A stretch of 64,000 nucleotides of DNA from Spirochaetia bacterium (GTDB lineage: Bacteria > Spirochaetota > Spirochaetia > CAKZLE01): the NCBI GenBank assembly GCA_963677595.1, contig OY782041.1, positions 352,001 to 416,000 on the forward strand, given 5' to 3'. The position numbers were made by a program, and so were the translations under genes. Positions 19,206 through 28,130 of this stretch are shown in pieces (position 1 is the stretch's first letter; each line of letters opens with the position of its first letter). The notes below the pieces were generated by a model that was not told where the DNA came from, did not search any database, and saw only the letters and a list, made by a program, of their open reading frames with translations.

Positions 19206-19348
19206 TCGCAGTCACTCCCTTTCAACTGAACAAGACCCTATGGACCCAGTCATTGTACCATGCTGGTTGTTCACCCGCAACTGGGCACGTCATGCTGCGC
19301 GAACAGGGAGCAGGGCGGTCCAGTTTCTCCCAAAAGTGCGTATCATGA

Positions 19349-19924
19349 TCAGTGGGACCCATGCCCGTGGGTCCCTGCAGCAGGAGCACCAGGGCTTGCC
19401 TGTGCTGGGGGTGCAGCATGTTCATGGACAGGGGGTGAAGGCACCTGTGTCAGGTCCGTACCCTCTTCAGAGTCGGGCTCTGTCTCAGTCACTGTACCGA
19501 TACCGCTGTCAACACCGACAGCCGCATGGAGTTCGTGCTGATAGTGCGTCTGAGCCCCAGGTGCATCAAGAGATGCAGCCCCGGTATATGTCACATTCGC
19601 TCCCCCGAACTCCACCAGACCGAGTATACTGGCGAGGGAGGCAAGTTCCTCATCCGTGAGTTCTGCGTCTTCGATCCCGGCAGCGACTGCAGCGTAATCG
19701 AAGCTGCTCCCGTCAGAGAAGCCTTCCAGCCCCAGGATATCGGCAAGTGAAGCCAATTCCTCGTCCGAGAGTGCGTCCTCTGCTGTTCCTGCATCGAGGA
19801 GGGCAGACTGTATGTCAGATACCGTCGTGAGGGCCTCGCTTTCCGATGAGCCCCCGGCAAAGGCCGCACCACATACCAGTACCGTCAGCATGATGCTCAG
19901 CACCACAATCTTCTTCATGTTCAT
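19349..19924 (-). CDS. Secreted acidic protein with an internal duplication and His-rich C-terminus
   Basis: Leader ending AFAGGSSE, repeats LSDEELASLADILGL / LTDEELASLASILGL, tail THGHGSH, and RBS AAGGAG. Confidence 0.8.
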   Translation of the reverse strand: MNMKKIVVLSIMLTVLVCGAAFAGGSSESEALTTVSDIQSALLDAGTAEDALSDEELASLADILGLEGFSDGSSFDYAAVAAGIEDAELTDEELASLASILGLVEFGGANVTYTGAASLDAPGAQTHYQHELHAAVGVDSGIGTVTETEPDSEEGTDLTQVPSPPVHEHAAPPAQASPGAPAAGTHGHGSH

Positions 19925-19961
19925 CCTCTTCTCCTTGCGGGTCGTTACCCAATACCTGAGG

Positions 19962-19998
19962 ATATGATACGGGGGAAATATGACGCAATTTTGTCAGG
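19962..19998 (-). promoter_or_regulatory. Promoter / response-regulator box, copy 2
   Basis: The minus strand reads CCTGACAAAATTGCGTCATATTTCCCCCGTATCATAT, matching 15933-15969. Confidence 0.7.
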
Positions 19999-20106
19999 AG
20001 GATAATTTCTGATCAAGATCTGAGCCTACGGAGCATACGTTGAGTAAAACTCATGCATGAAGAGTTCACCCTGCAGGGGTATCGATCAGGGCTGGTCTTT
20101 TGGACA

Positions 20107-20568
20107 TCATGTACGAGACTCTATCATCTTGTGGTAGGCATTCAGCTTGGTGACATGCGCAAAGTAATCTCCCTGCTCATCAGGCGGCAGGCGATCGAGG
20201 ATCTCTGTCATGTATGCCCAGTGTTCGTTCTTAAAGCGTGTGGTCAGCTCCATACCCGCTTCCGTCAGCACAAGATTGTATACCCGCTTGTCCCCGGCTG
20301 ACTGCTCCTTCTCTATATACCCGCCCGTGATCAGCCTTGCAGCCACAGGGGTAAAGGACCCTTTCGCGATGACGAGCATGCGGCTCAGATCGGACATGGT
20401 CATCTTCCCATGGAACCGAAGTGTCAGCATAGCCTTCATATGGGTGAAGTTCAGGCCTTCCGGGAGCTTGAACACCTCTTCGAAGTCCTTGAAGAATACC
20501 GATATGATGTATCGGTGCAGGTCGAACAGGCTCTCGATCCGCTCTTCTGCTAGGTTAGCTTTTTCCAT
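20107..20568 (-). CDS. MarR-family transcriptional regulator
   Basis: MTMSDLS...LITGGYIEK...DKRVYNLVLTEAG winged-helix pattern. Confidence 0.92.
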   Translation of the reverse strand: MEKANLAEERIESLFDLHRYIISVFFKDFEEVFKLPEGLNFTHMKAMLTLRFHGKMTMSDLSRMLVIAKGSFTPVAARLITGGYIEKEQSAGDKRVYNLVLTEAGMELTTRFKNEHWAYMTEILDRLPPDEQGDYFAHVTKLNAYHKMIESRT

Positions 20569-20582
20569 ACGTCATTATAGTC

Positions 20583-22013
20583 CTACGAGAACTCTTTGAC
20601 TACACGCATCCTGGAGTCTTCCAGGATACAGCCTCCCGTCGTCTCCTTCTCATCATGCAGCCGGTTCAACTCCCGGAAGAACGAGAGGCTCATCAGCATG
20701 GCAACACCGGTAGTGAGGATGTCAGCGATCGGCTGGGCATAGATGAACCCATTGAACCCAAAGAGGTCATTGAGCAGGAACAGCGCTGGGAGATAGATGA
20801 TGCACTGCCTGCCGAGCGATACGACCATTGCCCTGAAGGCTTTACCGACCGACTGGAAGGTGATCATCATCGCCATCTGCAGGCCGATGAACGGCAGCCC
20901 TATGGAGAAAGCCTTGATCATCTTCGTACCAGCCGCTATGGTTGCAGGATCCTTGATGAAGAGGCCTATCAGGTTCTCCCCGAAGAGCAGGAATACGACC
21001 ATGAAGAAGGCAGCGAGTCCTGTTGCGTAGAGGAGTGTTATCTTGAATCCTTCCTTGAGCCTGTCATACTTCTGTGCGCCGTAATTATACCCCGCAAACG
21101 GCTGGTACCCCTGGGCCAACCCCATGATGAGCATGAAGGCCATACTCACGACCCGCATCTGGACACCATTTCCGGCAACGATATGGTCCCCATATCCTGC
21201 GGCGATGATGTTGACGAGCACCATGGAGAAGGACATCACCAGGTTGGACAGCGCGGAGGGGATGCCGATCTTGAAGATCTCCCCGTATATACGCTTCGTA
21301 GGATGAATATGCCGTACCTTCACTGACAGCAGGGTCCTCTTCGACATCAGGTGTGACGCGAAATAGAGAGCCCCGATCCCAGTGCCGATCACGGTCGCCC
21401 AGGCTGCCCCGGCAACCCCCATATCGAGGACGAAGATGAACACAGGGTCCAGGATGATATTAGACCCGATGCCCAGGACCATCCCGATCATGGCCTTGTT
21501 GGTTGCGCCCTCACTCCTGATAAGACCCGATAACGTAATCTGCAGGATGAACACGATCGAGAAGACTGAGATGACTGAGAAATATGCATTGGTCGCCTGG
21601 AATGTCGCGGGGCTTGTCCCGATGACCGAAAGCAAAGGCTGGCGGAATAGCATCAATACTGCAGTTATGATGATCCCTATGGCAGTTGCTGTATATACTG
21701 CCGTGGACGAGGTCCTCTTAGCTTCATCATAGTCCTTCGAACCGAGTTTCCGGGATATGTAGCTGGATGCCCCATTCGCGAAGATGTTCCCGATTGCCTG
21801 GATACCCATGAACACCGGGGTCGCGATCGAGAGGGCGGCGACCAGGTTCGGGTCATTCAGCCTCCCGATGAAGAAGGTATCCGTGAGATTATATATCATG
21901 ACCACGGTCATAGACAGCATCGTGGGCAGGGAGAGTCTCAGGATCGCCTGCCTGACCGGCGCTTTCTCCATGAGCTGTATTCTATCAGTATCCATGTATG
22001 TGCTCCTACGCAT
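20583..22013 (-). CDS. MATE-family efflux transporter (MepA-like)
   Basis: LSLPTML, YNLTDTFFIG, NIILDPVFIF, GVAGAAWAT and GYNYGA, with 12 TM segments. The start may be the second Met (MDTDR). Confidence 0.93.
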   Translation of the reverse strand: MRRSTYMDTDRIQLMEKAPVRQAILRLSLPTMLSMTVVMIYNLTDTFFIGRLNDPNLVAALSIATPVFMGIQAIGNIFANGASSYISRKLGSKDYDEAKRTSSTAVYTATAIGIIITAVLMLFRQPLLSVIGTSPATFQATNAYFSVISVFSIVFILQITLSGLIRSEGATNKAMIGMVLGIGSNIILDPVFIFVLDMGVAGAAWATVIGTGIGALYFASHLMSKRTLLSVKVRHIHPTKRIYGEIFKIGIPSALSNLVMSFSMVLVNIIAAGYGDHIVAGNGVQMRVVSMAFMLIMGLAQGYQPFAGYNYGAQKYDRLKEGFKITLLYATGLAAFFMVVFLLFGENLIGLFIKDPATIAAGTKMIKAFSIGLPFIGLQMAMMITFQSVGKAFRAMVVSLGRQCIIYLPALFLLNDLFGFNGFIYAQPIADILTTGVAMLMSLSFFRELNRLHDEKETTGGCILEDSRMRVVKEFS

Positions 22014-22022
22014 CTGTATAAT

Positions 22023-22088
22023 TAGTTTGTTTTCTAACTAAATATACCGAGCCTTGCAGAAAGAGTCAAGTAGTTTGTTTTCTAACTA
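22023..22088 (-). promoter_or_regulatory. Two identical 18-bp operators bracketing the MATE-MarR promoter
   Basis: TAGTTTGTTTTCTAACTA occurs at 22023-22040 and 22071-22088, each a TAGTT-N8-AACTA dyad. Between them on the minus strand is TTGACT-17 bp-TATATT. Confidence 0.8.
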
Positions 22089-22188
22089 TATACCAGTATG
22101 AGCAGCTGGTATGCGCTGTGATGCACACACATACAGTATTCTCTCCAGGAATTGAATCAAACACGACTTTTTCGTGTTTAGTACCAGT

Positions 22189-23610
22189 ATGGACTATACA
22201 CGAATCAACGACATCGTACAGAAGAAGTTCTCCATCCCCTCCCTCTACCCTTACCAGCAGCTGGTCATCACCAACATCATCGAGGGGATCGAGGAGGATC
22301 TCGAACCCCATGACCAGCTGGTGATCCTGCCCACAGGCTACGGGAAGTCGATCTGCTTCATGGTGCCTGGGCTGCTCATCAAGGGGCTCACGCTGGTGAT
22401 CTATCCCCTCCTCTCCCTGCTCAACGACCAGGAACGGCGCTTCAGGAAGATTGGGGCCCCTGCCATCGTGATCAGGGGTGGTGATGATCGGGAGGAGCGG
22501 CGAAAAGCTGTCTCATATATCGCATCACAGGAACGGGGCTTCATCCTGACGACCCCGGAGTCGCTGGAGACTAACACGGTACAAGCTATGATGCAGAGCC
22601 TCCCCATCCGCCATATCGTCATCGACGAGGCCCATATCGTGAGCTTCTGGGGTAAGAGTTTCCGCCCTGCCTATGCACGGTTGGGGGAGACGATCTCTCG
22701 CTTGAGAGTTTCCCAGATTACTGCCTTCACTGCCACGGCTGCAGCACATACCATCGATGATATCAGACAGCTCCTGTTCCTGGGACGTCCGGTCCACCTC
22801 ATCGAGGGGATGACCGACCGTCCCAACATCTTCTACAAGGTCATCCCCTCGATCAGCAAGGTCCATGACCTGCACTACCTCTTCAGCCGTGAACAGATAC
22901 AGAAACCTATACTCGTGTTCTGCCCCAGGCGGGCACTGACCGAACAGCTTGCCTATCTCTTCCGAATGAGACTCGGCAGCAAAGAGATCTACTACTACCA
23001 TGCAGGGATGGAGAAGGATGAACGGAACTATGTGGAGAAGTGGTTCCACCCCTCGTCTGACGGGATCCTCTTCGCCACATCGGCCTTCGGTCTGGGGGTG
23101 GACAAACCGGATGTGCGGACGGTCATCCACCACACGGTATCCTCGACGGTAGAGGCCTTCCTCCAGGAATCAGGACGGGCCGGCCGGGACGGTAAGCCGT
23201 CCCTCTCAGTCGTCCTCCATCACTGGAAGGATGGTCTCTCAGCATCAGTGAAGCCGTTCATCACGTCCGTCTCCACGTGCAGGAGGACCACCCTGCTCGA
23301 GGGGTTCTCCCTGCAGCCGGACTCCTGCTTCGGCTGTGATGTCTGCAGGAAGAGCGTCATCACCCTCCCCGACGGGTATGAGCAGATCATGAACCTGATC
23401 CGGCAGTACCCCCGCCGTTTCTTAACAGAGCAGGCTGCCTTAGTCCTGTACGGGCGGATGTCATACACCGTGCGCCGGGAGCGTCTCCATGACTGCAGGT
23501 ATTTCGGCATCCTCTCCTCCTGGCAACTCGATGATATCATGGAGGCAGTGGGTTCCATGACGAGGTTGGGGATCCTGAGAACAGATACACACGGCAGGCT
23601 GAGCCAATAA
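22189..23610 (+). CDS. recQ: RecQ-family ATP-dependent DNA helicase (short form, no HRDC apparent)
   Basis: LPTGYGKS, IDEAH, WGKSFRP, FTATA, YHAGM, QESGRAGRDG, Zn site CRR...CFGCDVC and an RQC-like end. Confidence 0.9.
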   Translation: MDYTRINDIVQKKFSIPSLYPYQQLVITNIIEGIEEDLEPHDQLVILPTGYGKSICFMVPGLLIKGLTLVIYPLLSLLNDQERRFRKIGAPAIVIRGGDDREERRKAVSYIASQERGFILTTPESLETNTVQAMMQSLPIRHIVIDEAHIVSFWGKSFRPAYARLGETISRLRVSQITAFTATAAAHTIDDIRQLLFLGRPVHLIEGMTDRPNIFYKVIPSISKVHDLHYLFSREQIQKPILVFCPRRALTEQLAYLFRMRLGSKEIYYYHAGMEKDERNYVEKWFHPSSDGILFATSAFGLGVDKPDVRTVIHHTVSSTVEAFLQESGRAGRDGKPSLSVVLHHWKDGLSASVKPFITSVSTCRRTTLLEGFSLQPDSCFGCDVCRKSVITLPDGYEQIMNLIRQYPRRFLTEQAALVLYGRMSYTVRRERLHDCRYFGILSSWQLDDIMEAVGSMTRLGILRTDTHGRLSQ

Positions 23611-23614
23611 CTCG

Positions 23615-24034
23615 CTATGGTCGTTCTGCAATGAACGTCACAAACCGAGTGGTCTGGGTGTCATCATCCCAGAAGGTGATCGAGAGAGTCGAGTCAGTTA
23701 TGGTGAAGGTGCCGAAGACATCAGTCTCTATCAAATCAGGCCTGTAGTCCTGCTGCTTGATGATATAGTCGAAGTCCTCGCTGCCGACATTGAAGATGAT
23801 ACCGCGTTCGAAGATCGTGTCCTCATCATCGAGGATGAACATCTCATCATCGGTGAAGATGAACATATAGTGGGGAGTCGCGTTATCAGGGTTGGAAGTG
23901 ATCACCTATCTTCCGATCAGGGGATTCGAGTCATCCCCTCCTAAACCTAATAGGGAACATCCCACCCCCATGATCAGGATGATGAGCATCATCAGCATGG
24001 TCACACCCATTGACATGATTCGCTTCTTATTCAT
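23615..24034 (-). pseudogene. Lipoprotein (lipocalin-like 'NPLIGxW' start) with an in-frame TAG at codon 43
   Basis: RBS AAGGAGG, then MNKKRIMSMGVTMLMMLIILIMGVGC (lipobox) SLLGLGGDDSNPLIGR*VITSNPD..., in frame with ORF 23615-23905. The TAG is at 23906-23908. Confidence 0.72.
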
Positions 24035-25469
24035 ACAGACCTCCTTGGTATTCTCTCTGCGGACAGCTTGAAGACCTGTTCGGGCTGCCCGCAGGAACTC
24101 ATAAAAAAGATTATCAGCTTGTATATGGCATGGAGTGGGAGGGCATGGCGAGCTGTACAGACATACACAGGCTCTATGTTCAATTATATGACCGCATTCT
24201 GAGAAGTCAACGTTATATTCATAATATTATTGAGTTTCTTTCTATGTTTCTTTGAGTGTTTTTATCTATTCACCTGCTATACAATCACTTTTACCATGCA
24301 CCCTATCAGTGATCATGGTATAGGGCTACCCTATGTGTCATTCCGTATGATACCTCATTCTGAACCCAGCAGGATGCTCCCCTCCACTGACAAGCCTGCC
24401 GGTATCTGCTACACTGATGCCATTCCTGGCAGTATCAGCCGGGGACTATCTCCCATATCATGGAGGCACTTCAGATGAGACATGACATACAGTTCCCCAG
24501 GATGGCCATGGGCACCTGGACCTTCGCAGGCGATACGATCTGGGACGCCTCTGACGAACAGGAGTCTATCTCCGTCATCCATGCTGCCCTCGATATGGGC
24601 ATCACCCTCTTCGACTCCTCCCCCAATTACGGGAACGGGCGCAGCGAGTCCATCCTGGGTAGGGCCCTGGCTGATCACCCTGAAGCTATGGTCGCAACAA
24701 AGACCAAGATCCAGGGGCAGAGTCGTGACGCTTTGAGGGCTGCTGTAGAAGGTAGCCTGAGGAGGCTCGGAAGAGAAGCGATCGACCTCATACAGATCCA
24801 TTGGCCGGGCACTCCCGAGGAGACCGCTGAGGCACTGGGACTCTTCATGGAGATGCGTCAGGAAGGGGAGATCCGGGCTGTCGGGGTATGTAATTTCGGA
24901 GTATATGACCTGAAAGAGACTGCAGGCTATCCCATCATCAGCAACCAGCTGCCGTACAACCTGATGTGGCGGGTCATTGAGAGGGAGATAGCTCCTCTTT
25001 CCAAAGAGATGGGGAAGCAGGTATGGGTCTATTCCCCGCTTCAGCAGGGGCTGCTGACCGGGAAATATTCCGACCTCACTGGTTTCCCATCGGGGAGGAA
25101 ACGTACACGGCATTATGCATCCTCTCATCCAGCAGCGAACCATGGTGAGGCAGGAATGGAAGCTGAGACACAGGCTGCATTGACAGGATTCCTTGAGATA
25201 GCTGAAGAGACCGGTATTGGACCGCTGGAACTGGGGCTCCGTTATATCCCACATTCCTCACTTTCATGACGCACACATAGCAGGATTTTCCATTTCAGGA
25301 AAGGATTGAGACTACGAAGGGCTATTCATCCTTACCGATCCTCCACACGGCATAAAAATCGGCAAATCCGCCTGGTTGCTACCCCGTCTGAACAGACATG
25401 CTGATGATCAGGACAGTAACCAGCCTTCTCATAGGTTCTGAGGATCAGACGCAGGTACACCTACGAAGT

Positions 25470-27173
25470 TCATGCATGCAGAGAGGTCAGGACACACCTC
25501 ACCCCCTTGTCGTAGAATACGCGTTCATCAAGACCCAATGCAGACAGGAAGGCCAACTGACGGGAAGAGAGCGGATTTACCAGCACCGCTTCTGCTCCCA
25601 TCTCTGCCGCCATGATACCGCCAAACACGGTACTCATCATGAATGAAGTCGGCTTTGCCGTCGGTTTGTTGTCCCAGCCTGGTACCGTAGTACCTTCCTT
25701 CTGGAGATACCGCCGCATCTGCCGCTCCATCAACCGCCAGACCATCAGGGCGATCACGAGAATCATCCCCAATGCATCTATGCGGGAAGGGGTTTTCAGA
25801 AACAGGTCATTGACTACCAGGGGATCCTTGAGGAATGAAAAATCACTCTCGATCCCATACTGGCCTTTGTACGTACGCAGTACCGATGCGGCATCAAGCG
25901 ATGCAACAGCAACATTGGTAAGCAGCACAAAACATCCTGCCTGCTCTCTGAGCACCTGCAGCTTGTCCGACTTTTCGGTGATCTCCCAGTTCAACTCATA
26001 CCGCAGATCTACAGGCGGCGGACCCTCCTTCGGGGGACGTCCACGACGCCGAACCGCCACTTCTTGGATCGTAACCGTTAACGAGTGCAGCGGGGAAGAG
26101 ACCGCAGCGAGGTTGGCAGCAGCAACCTGCGCATCTTCGCTGCAGTAATACTGTCGCTGAACTTTCTTCAATTTCCCGTTCAGCTCCTTCAACGATTGCT
26201 CAATCGCTTTGTCAATCTTCTTCTGCCTTCGCTTATCATGGGAACTCGAATGTATCACGACCCCGCGATAGGGCTTTTCATACAACGTTACCGTCGTCTC
26301 GCACCCCTTATAGATCGCAGGAGGCCGGTTCTTCCCTGTTGGTGTTTCAGCCATCATGCCTATGGGACTCCAGCGACCCGCTCCGATCGCTTCCCTTATT
26401 GCCTGGTCACATGCGCCGTAGGTTGCCGGAAGACGGCTGATGAATGGCATCGACCCTAAAGCCTCCAGATTCTCCTGCGTCACCATGGCCGAGTCTGCAA
26501 CATAGATACAGGCCCCATCTCCCAACCCATGTCGGGAGAGCAGTGTACTGATCCGTGTGAGCATCGCATTGTTAGACGTCTTGTCTGAGGAGTTCCCATT
26601 GAGGGTACTGCTGAAGATTGGGACCCCATGATCCACGCACAGTAACTCCGTCATGAACTGCTTGAGATCCGGTCGGTGATCCTTGGAGTGCCCCAGGACG
26701 ATCGAAGGCCCCGGGGTCTTTTCCTGCTCACTCCCCCGGTATTCCCCCCAGACACTCGTACTGGTAGTATCGTAACTGAGGGCATGCATATCCAGATCGA
26801 AGACCTGTGCTGCCCGAATCCCCAGTTCGGTCACAATCTTCGATGGGCCGGCATCGAAGATCGCATCCAGGGACCGAGCTATGTTCGTGTCATTGAACAG
26901 ATGCGGATCTACCTCCTGTCCCAGCAATAGGCTGCGGTTCTGCTGCTCGATGAACTGCTCGATCCGATACAGCGGCGACCGTCCATGCAGGACATCGAGC
27001 ACCATCGTCTGCACCACGAGCCCCGGAGATAGCTGCATACGGGTCTCCACCGCCGCATCCACGATGTCTCTCAACCCGAGCATGCGGCAGTAGGCCGCCG
27101 CAATGGGCAGGTAGGAATGGGTATAGATTCTGGTATGCTGAAACAGGGTTGAAAGGGGCGGAGTACTGGCCAT
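25470..27173 (-). CDS. IS1634-family transposase
   Basis: FNDTNIARSLD (DUF4277-like), YDTTS, GHSKDHRPDLKQ, NGNSSD, YVADSA and YKGQYGIESDFSFLKDP. Confidence 0.93.
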   Translation of the reverse strand: MASTPPLSTLFQHTRIYTHSYLPIAAAYCRMLGLRDIVDAAVETRMQLSPGLVVQTMVLDVLHGRSPLYRIEQFIEQQNRSLLLGQEVDPHLFNDTNIARSLDAIFDAGPSKIVTELGIRAAQVFDLDMHALSYDTTSTSVWGEYRGSEQEKTPGPSIVLGHSKDHRPDLKQFMTELLCVDHGVPIFSSTLNGNSSDKTSNNAMLTRISTLLSRHGLGDGACIYVADSAMVTQENLEALGSMPFISRLPATYGACDQAIREAIGAGRWSPIGMMAETPTGKNRPPAIYKGCETTVTLYEKPYRGVVIHSSSHDKRRQKKIDKAIEQSLKELNGKLKKVQRQYYCSEDAQVAAANLAAVSSPLHSLTVTIQEVAVRRRGRPPKEGPPPVDLRYELNWEITEKSDKLQVLREQAGCFVLLTNVAVASLDAASVLRTYKGQYGIESDFSFLKDPLVVNDLFLKTPSRIDALGMILVIALMVWRLMERQMRRYLQKEGTTVPGWDNKPTAKPTSFMMSTVFGGIMAAEMGAEAVLVNPLSSRQLAFLSALGLDERVFYDKGVRCVLTSLHA

Positions 27174-27204
27174 CGGTATCCTCCTGTAGCGGTCGTGGAA
27201 ACAG

Positions 27205-27263
27205 GACTTGACTGATCACTGAACCTACTGTATTATACAGTAGGACAAGAGAGGAGTCAAGTC
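27205..27263. promoter_or_regulatory. Symmetric overlapping divergent sigma70 promoters with a central palindrome
   Basis: GACTTGACT-N10-CCTACTGTA-TTA-TACAGTAGG-N10-AGTCAAGTC gives TTGACT-17-TATTAT on the plus strand and TTGACT-17-TATAAT on the minus strand. Confidence 0.8.
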
Positions 27264-27626
27264 ATGACCACCGAGACGGCACAGAAGCGCCTTCAGGTAC
27301 TTCGCCGCAAACAGCAGGAACTCGCCAAGGAACTGAGCACGATCGAATTTATCTGGTCAGGATCCATCTCCAAACGGTTTCTTACCTGCGGGAACCCCTC
27401 GTGCAAGTGTCATACAGACACTGAGGCCAAGCATGGACCGTATTACTATTGGACGACCAAAAAGGGCGGGAAGACCGTAGCCAGGAAGCTCACAGAGCAG
27501 CAGGCTGAGGTCCTCCAACCATGGATTGAGAACAGGAGAACCCTGGAGAAGACGATGAATGCCATGAAGAAGCTCTCTCAGGATGCGTATGAAGCCATTT
27601 TGGTCCTCTTGGACGATGAAGGGTAG
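27264..27626 (+). CDS. DUF6788-like putative Zn-binding protein carried inside the IS
   Basis: GSI...CGNPSCKC...HGPYYYW motif flanked by coiled helices, with RBS GAGGAG. The family is assigned from memory of the motif. Confidence 0.8.
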   Translation: MTTETAQKRLQVLRRKQQELAKELSTIEFIWSGSISKRFLTCGNPSCKCHTDTEAKHGPYYYWTTKKGGKTVARKLTEQQAEVLQPWIENRRTLEKTMNAMKKLSQDAYEAILVLLDDEG

Positions 27627-27902
27627 CGCTTTTTAAACCGATTTTAGCCCGAAATTAAATACCCGTTTTTTGCTGAGAAATAGTGAGGAATGTGGGTTAT
27701 ATCATGAGCCACAGCTTCATAGACACCCTGCTTGTAGGAGCCCGATCAGTCAAGCAGCTTGCCGACCTGTATGCATCAAGTGAGGGATCACTTGATCCAT
27801 CGATCGTCGAACGGCTTGATGCCGTATCACAGCCGCTCCTTACAGCGACGAAAGGGAACCCGGACATGTACCAGTCGGTATCGCGGGTACGGTACTGATC
27901 AG

Positions 27903-28121
27903 ATGGACATCATACCAAGGATACGCAATCTCTCCCCTCCTGCGCAGCAGGAGCTCTTCAGAAGAATCTCACATGTCATCTCGAATCGGGACCTGACCCA
28001 TATCATGGAGGATGTCGCTCGTGGCATCTCGATCATGCGGGCACACCAGCGGCAGGGTATATTCCGCCGCTATATCGCAGACATCCTGCGGTTCCTTGAC
28101 GAGATCGAGGGGATTGTTTGA
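27903..28121 (+). CDS. Small hypothetical protein (72 aa)
   Basis: ATG lies 4 nt after the AKR stop and the ORF fills the gap to the convergent gene. No recognisable motif. Confidence 0.5.
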   Translation: MDIIPRIRNLSPPAQQELFRRISHVISNRDLTHIMEDVARGISIMRAHQRQGIFRRYIADILRFLDEIEGIV

Positions 28122-28130
28122 AGTATTTCC

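Larger units (their letters stand above)
25248..27696 (-). mobile_element. Complete IS1634-family element (2449 bp) with a second, divergent ORF
   Basis: Perfect 15-bp IRs CCCACATTCCTCACT and a 6-bp target duplication TTATAT at 25242-25247 and 27697-27702. Confidence 0.92.
24475..27898 (+). pseudogene. Aldo/keto reductase split by an IS1634-family element
   Basis: MGTW, FDSSPNYG.GRSE, SLRRLG...IDLIQIHWP, GVCNF, NQLPYNL and YSPLQQGLLTGK. Excising 25248-27702 restores GLRYI-MSHSFIDTLLVGARS...*. Confidence 0.9.
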
